Shown: positions 34,223 through 35,201 of the stretch, in pieces
How the letters are laid out: the number at the start of each line of letters is the position of its first letter
Numbering within the stretch: position 1 is the first letter of the stretch
Virus record (IMG/VR): IMGVR_UViG_3300044657_000112
Coordinates: 1 to 35,201 of that record
From: a virus
Taxonomy: Duplodnaviria; Caudoviricetes
DNA: 35,201 nt
Strand: one strand, 5' to 3'
The notes under the pieces: model-generated
Seen by the model: the letters and a program-made list of their open reading frames with translations, nothing else
Database searches by the model: none
What the model was told of the DNA's origin: nothing
Translations under genes and position numbers: made by a program

Positions 34223-34507
34223 ATGGTATTTTATGTAATCGCTGGTATATTTTCTGCCCTAGCAATACTGTTTTTATTAGCCAAATTCGACTTCAAAAAA
34301 GTTCTTTGGCTTGACATCCCAATTGACATCGCCTCTACTATCTTGCTCGTTGCTATGTTTGCTGGCACATTTGCTGGCATGATGGCAGCTGTCATTGGCG
34401 GTTGTGTCATCTCGCTAACCTTGCTAACAGCTAAAAAGCTTATAGGTTACAAAAAGCCAAAGTGGTTTAAATATAAGTATCAGTGGGTAGAGATGCCTGC
34501 TCGATAG
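34223..34507 (+). CDS. Membrane protein, about 3 TM segments
   Basis: GGAGG RBS; GTFAGMMAAVIGG motif. Confidence 0.8.
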   Translation: MVFYVIAGIFSALAILFLLAKFDFKKVLWLDIPIDIASTILLVAMFAGTFAGMMAAVIGGCVISLTLLTAKKLIGYKKPKWFKYKYQWVEMPAR

Positions 34508-34612
34508 TAAGAATTGACACTGTTGCCCAGCTAGCAGGGACGCAATGCAGTGACAGAGGCTAGACGTGATGCCTCATCTTTCAATCATCCTCTAACGCAA
34601 AGGAGAAATAGG

Positions 34613-35023
34613 ATGAACTTCGCACAAATCACAGTTTCCGGTAATGTAGGTTCAGCCCCAGAGATTCGGGATGTTAACGGCACCAAAGTCGCTAACTTCT
34701 CAGTCGCTGTCAACGAGTCCTACACCAACAAGTCAGGCGAGAAAGTGGAGACTACCCACTGGTATCGTGTCGAGGCTTGGGACGGCAGCAATGGCAAGGG
34801 TCTTGTATCCAACGTCATTGAGAAATATGTCGGCCAGGGTACAACTGTATTCGTACAAGGTATGCCTCTGATTGAGGAGTACGAAAAGGATGGGCAGAAG
34901 CAACGCTCATTCAAAATCAAGCTAGCTGGTGCGGGATCAACATTCCGCATGGGCGGCAAGTCAGGTGGTGACGCTGCGCCTCAGGCACAAGCTCAAGCAC
35001 CTGATGAAGACATTCCGTTCTAA
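34613..35023 (+). CDS. ssb: Single-stranded DNA-binding protein
   Basis: GNVGSAPEIR, VANFSVAVNE, TTHWYRVEAW, C-terminal DEDIPF; AAGGAG RBS. Confidence 0.95.
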   Translation: MNFAQITVSGNVGSAPEIRDVNGTKVANFSVAVNESYTNKSGEKVETTHWYRVEAWDGSNGKGLVSNVIEKYVGQGTTVFVQGMPLIEEYEKDGQKQRSFKIKLAGAGSTFRMGGKSGGDAAPQAQAQAPDEDIPF

Positions 35024-35035
35024 TCTGCCTTAGAC

Positions 35036-35079
35036 GGAAGAGGAGAGAGCGTGTTACCTCCGTTCTCTCCTCACCTTCC
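35036..35079 (+). other. Hairpin downstream of ssb
   Basis: GAGGAGAGAGCG/CGTTCTCTCCTC stem extended by GGAAG/CTTCC. Confidence 0.6.
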
Positions 35080-35201
35080 CCACCACTGTCAGGAGGTAGT
35101 GATGACAATCACGCTTAAAATTGATGACGAAGTAATGCGCCTCATAGACCTTATGAGCGCACAAGAAGCCAATGCCTTTGATGGCGACCCCAATGACACC
35201 T
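35061..35201. repeat. Terminal direct repeat, right copy
   Basis: Matches 1-141 at 140 of 141 positions. Confidence 0.95.

Noticed and set aside
35061-35201. 141-bp terminal repeat as a biological direct terminal repeat
   Set aside because: 141 equals a common maximum assembler k-mer and the repeat ends inside a gene; more likely a circular-assembly overlap
1-35201. CRISPR array, tRNA genes, introns/inteins or stop-codon reassignment
   Set aside because: No regularly spaced repeats or cloverleafs seen; core genes are intact and of normal length under the standard code, and all three stop codons are used

Overview
An apparently complete, circularly assembled ~35.06-kb dsDNA podovirus genome; bases 1-141 repeat at 35061-35201. 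The host is probably a marine alphaproteobacterium, and the gene order resembles BPP-1/HTVC010P-type phages (inference). The minus strand (about 32543 to 7302) holds the late module: TerS, TerL, portal, scaffold, major capsid, cement, tail adaptor and nozzle, three internal virion proteins, two tail fibres, holin-like genes and a metallophosphoesterase. The plus strand (33086, across the join, to 6963) holds the early genes: SSB, a plasmid-type ParB-like protein, YqaJ exonuclease, Sak recombinase and small hypotheticals, interrupted by a minus-strand HTH + RuvC-like operon. I recognise no DNA polymerase, primase, helicase, initiator, integrase or stand-alone endolysin. Main leads: (1) a 57-aa first early protein with an N-terminal beta-clamp motif (QLDLF) and a C-terminal SSB-like tail (DDDIWF), directly behind a ~250-nt fold-back element, which may be a minimal host-replisome hijacking module; (2) an A9 slippery run at the end of the pesticin-like muramidase domain of the largest virion protein, where either slip would release a free endolysin; (3) an 11-mer, CCCCACCACTG, present six times; (4) a candidate anti-Shine-Dalgarno sRNA; (5) two near-consensus sigma70 promoters with 19-bp spacers. 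All family calls come from recognising motifs by eye, not from database searches.
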